The translations under genes and the position numbers were made by a program. Shown piece after piece: positions 60,985-64,000 of a stretch of DNA of 64,000 nt. The notes beneath the pieces are model-generated. The model was not told where the DNA came from. It did no database searches and saw nothing but the letters and a program-made list of their open reading frames with translations. The stretch comes from Euglena gracilis (taxonomy: Eukaryota): contig CP154954.1 of NCBI GenBank assembly GCA_039621445.1, positions 40,417,572-40,481,571 on the forward strand, written 5' to 3'. Positions within the stretch are counted from its first letter, which is position 1, and each line of letters begins with the position of its first letter.

Positions 60985-63900
60985 GGTGGGTAACACAAGG
61001 GATTTTGTGATTTTGGGGCCCTCGAACAGTTGGGCAACAAAAGGGATTTGCAGCCGAAAACGGGTGGGTAACACAAGGGATTTGCCCCCCAAAACGGGTG
61101 GGTAACACAAGGGATTTTGTTATTTTGGGGCCTTCGAACAGTTGGGCAACAAAAGGGATTTGCCCCCCAAAACGGGTGGGTAACACAAGGGATTTGCCCC
61201 CCAAAACGGGTGGGTAACGCAAGGGATTTTGTTATGTAGGGGCCCTCGAACAGTTGGGCAACAAAAGGGATTTGCACCCCAAAACGGGTGGGTAACACAA
61301 GGTATATGCCCCCCAAAACGGGTGGGTAACGCAAGGGATTTTGTTATTTAGGGGCCCTCGAACAGTTGGGCAACAAAAGGGATTTGCCCCCCAAAACGGG
61401 TGGGTAACACAAGGGATTTGCCCCCCAAAACGGGTGGGTAACACAAGGGATTTTGTTATTTAGGGGCCCTCGAACAGTTGGGCAACAAAAGGGATTTGCC
61501 CCCGAAATTAGTTGGGTTACACAAGGGATTTGCCCCCCAAAACGCGTGGGTAACACAAGGGATTTTGTAATTTCGGGCCCCTCGAACAGTTGGGCAACAA
61601 AAGGGATTTGCCCCCGAAATTAGTTGGGTTACACAAGGGATTTTGTAATTTTGGGGCCTTCGAACAGTTGGGCAACAAAAGGGATTTGCCCCCCAAAACG
61701 GGTGGGTAACACAAGGGATTTACCCCCCAAAACGGGTGGGTAACACAAGGGATTTTGTAATTTTGGGGCCCTCGAACAGTTGGGCAACAAAAGGGATTTG
61801 CCCCCGAAATTAGTTGGGTTACACAAGGGATTTGCCCCCCAAAACGGGTGGGTAACACAAGGGATTTTGTAATTTTGGGGCCTTCGAACAGTTGGGCAAC
61901 ACAAGGGATTTGCCCCCCAAAACGGGTGGGTAACACAAGGGATTTGCCCCCCAAAACGGGTGGGTAACACAAGGGATTTTGTTATTTCGGGGCCCTCGAA
62001 CAGTTGGGAAACAAAAGGGATTTGCCTCCGAAAACGGGTGGGTACCACAAGGGATTTGCCTCCGAAAAGGGGTGGGAAACACAAGGGATTTGCCCCCCAA
62101 AACGGGTGGGTAACACAAGGGATTTTGTAATTTTGGGGCCCTCGAACAGTTGGGCAACAAAAGGGATTTGCCCCCGAAATTAGTGTGTTACCCACCTTGT
62201 GTTACCCACCCGTTTTGGGGGGCAAATCCCTTGTGTTACCCACCCGTTTTGGGGGGCAAATCCCTTTTGTTGCCCAACTGTTCGAGGGCCCCTAAATAAC
62301 AAAATCCCTTGCGTTACCCACCCGTTTTGGGGGGCAAATACCTTGTGTTACCCACCCGTTTTGGGGTGCAAATCCCTTTTGTTGCCCAACTGTTCGAGGG
62401 CCCCTACATAACAAAATCCCTTGCGTTACCCACCCGTTTTGGGGGGCAAATCCCTTGTGTTACCCACCCGTTTTGGGGGGCAAATCCCTTTTGTTGCCCA
62501 ACTGTTCGAGGGCCCCAAAATAACAAAATCCTTTGTGTTACCCACCCGGTTTGGGGGGCAAATCCCTTGTGTTACCCACCCACTTTCGGGGGCAAATCCC
62601 TTTTGTTGCCCAACTGTTCGAGGGCCCCTAAATAGTGTTACCCACCCGTTTTGGGGTCAAATCCCTTTTGTTGCCCAACTGTTCGAGGGCCCCAAAATAA
62701 CAAAATCCCTTGAGTTACCCACCCGTTTTGGGGGGCAAATCCCTTTTGTTGCCCACCCGTTTTGGGGGGCAAATCCCTTTTGTTGCCCAACTGTTCGAGG
62801 GCCCCAAAATAACAAAATCCTTTGTGTTACCCACCCGGTTTGGGGGGCAAATCCCTTGTGTTACCAACCCATTTTCGGGGGCAAATCCCTTTTGTTGCCC
62901 AACTGTTCGAGGGCCCCTAAATAGTGTTACCCACCCGTTTTGGGGTCAAATCCCTTTTGTTGCCCAACTGTTCGAGGGCCCCGAAATAACAAAATCCCTT
63001 GTGTTACCCACCCGTTTTGGGGGGGAAATCCCTTGTGTTACCCACCCGTTTTGGGGGGCAAATCCCTTGTGTTGCCCAACTGTTCGAAGGCCCCAAAATT
63101 ACAAAATCCCTTGTGTTACCCACCCGTTTTGGGGGGCAAATCCCTTGTGTAACCCAACTAATTTCGGGGGCAAATCCCTTTTGTTGCCCAACTGTTCGAG
63201 GGCCCCAAAATTACAAAATCCCTTGTGTTACCCACCCGTTTTGGGGGGCAAATCCCTTGTGTTACCCAACCGTTTTCGGGGGCAAATCCCTTTTGTTGCC
63301 CAACCGTTCGAAGGCCCCAGAATTACAAAATCCCTTGTGTAACCCAACTGGGATTTTGTTATTTTGGGGCCCTCGAACAGTTGGGCAACAAAAGGGATTT
63401 GCCCCCCAAAACGGGTGGGTAACACAAGGGATTTGCCCCCCAAAACGGGTGGGTAACACAAGGGATTTTGTTATTTTGGGGCCCTCGAACAGTTGGGCAA
63501 CAAAAGGGATTTGCCCCCCAAAACGGGTGGGTAACACAAGGGATTTTGTTATTTAGGGGCCCTCGCACAGTTGGGCAACAAAAGGGATATGCCCCCGAAA
63601 TTAGTTGGGTTACACAAGGGATTTGCCCCCCAAAACGGGTGGGTAACACAAGGGATATTGTTATTTCGGGCCCCTCGAACAGTTGGGCAACAAAAGGGAT
63701 TTGCCCCCGAAATTAGTTGGGTTACACAAGGGATTTTGTAATTTTGGGGCCTTCGAACAGTTGGGCAACAAAAGGGATTTGCCCCCCAAAACGGGTGGGT
63801 AACACAAGGGATTTACCCCCCAAAACGGGTGGGTAACACAAGGGATTTTGTAATTTTGGGGCCCTCGAACAGTTGGGCAACAAAAGGGATTTGCCCCCGA

Positions 63901-64000
63901 AATTAGTTGGGTTACACAAGGGATTTGCCCCCCAAAACGGGTGGGTAACACAAGGGATTTTGTAATTTTGGGGCCTTCGAACAGTTGGGCAACACAAGGG
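60985..64000. repeat. Satellite array of mixed 33-bp and about 46-bp subunits with an inverted central block (about 62184-63348)
   Basis: Units GGGTGGGTAACACAAGGGATTTGCCCCCCAAAAC and TTTTGTTATTTTGGGGCCCTCGAACAGTTGGGCAACAAAAGGGAT. The array runs off the window end. Confidence 0.97.

Noticed and set aside
60790-63997. Many ORFs in the terminal array, or a CRISPR-like array
   Set aside because: The ORFs are translations of satellite monomers in several frames on both strands, and there are no unique spacers.
1-64000. Assignment to a specific organism
   Set aside because: The TE content suggests a repeat-rich eukaryote, possibly a protist or alga, but no marker gene is present.

Overview
This is eukaryotic, almost entirely transposon-derived DNA, and I found no host gene. 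Positions 1-19.7 kb hold four decayed LTR-retrotransposon pieces. Three are Ty3/Gypsy-like pol regions that each carry a Dam-like N6-adenine methyltransferase domain, one of them also a C5-cytosine methyltransferase, and the fourth is an isolated gag-like region. Positions 19.7-25.9 kb hold a 5' DIRS fragment and a nearly intact DIRS1-type retrotransposon (gag, RT, RNase H, MTase, tyrosine recombinase, ITRs and ICR). Positions 26-61 kb are a nest of non-autonomous TIR elements and microsatellites, and 61-64 kb is a satellite array that changes orientation twice. The most unusual signal is two elements of about 1.4 kb (50529-51939 and 58695-60108), plus a probable third fragment at 44400-45000. 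They encode homologous tyrosine-recombinase-like proteins, one with a PHD finger, and share the layout IR - ORF - IR - near-perfect 110-bp hairpin with a GGCGCC-TRC-GGCGCC apex. In the second, a paralogous empty site suggests the whole unit inserted together. All domain calls come from reading motifs by eye; no database search was run.
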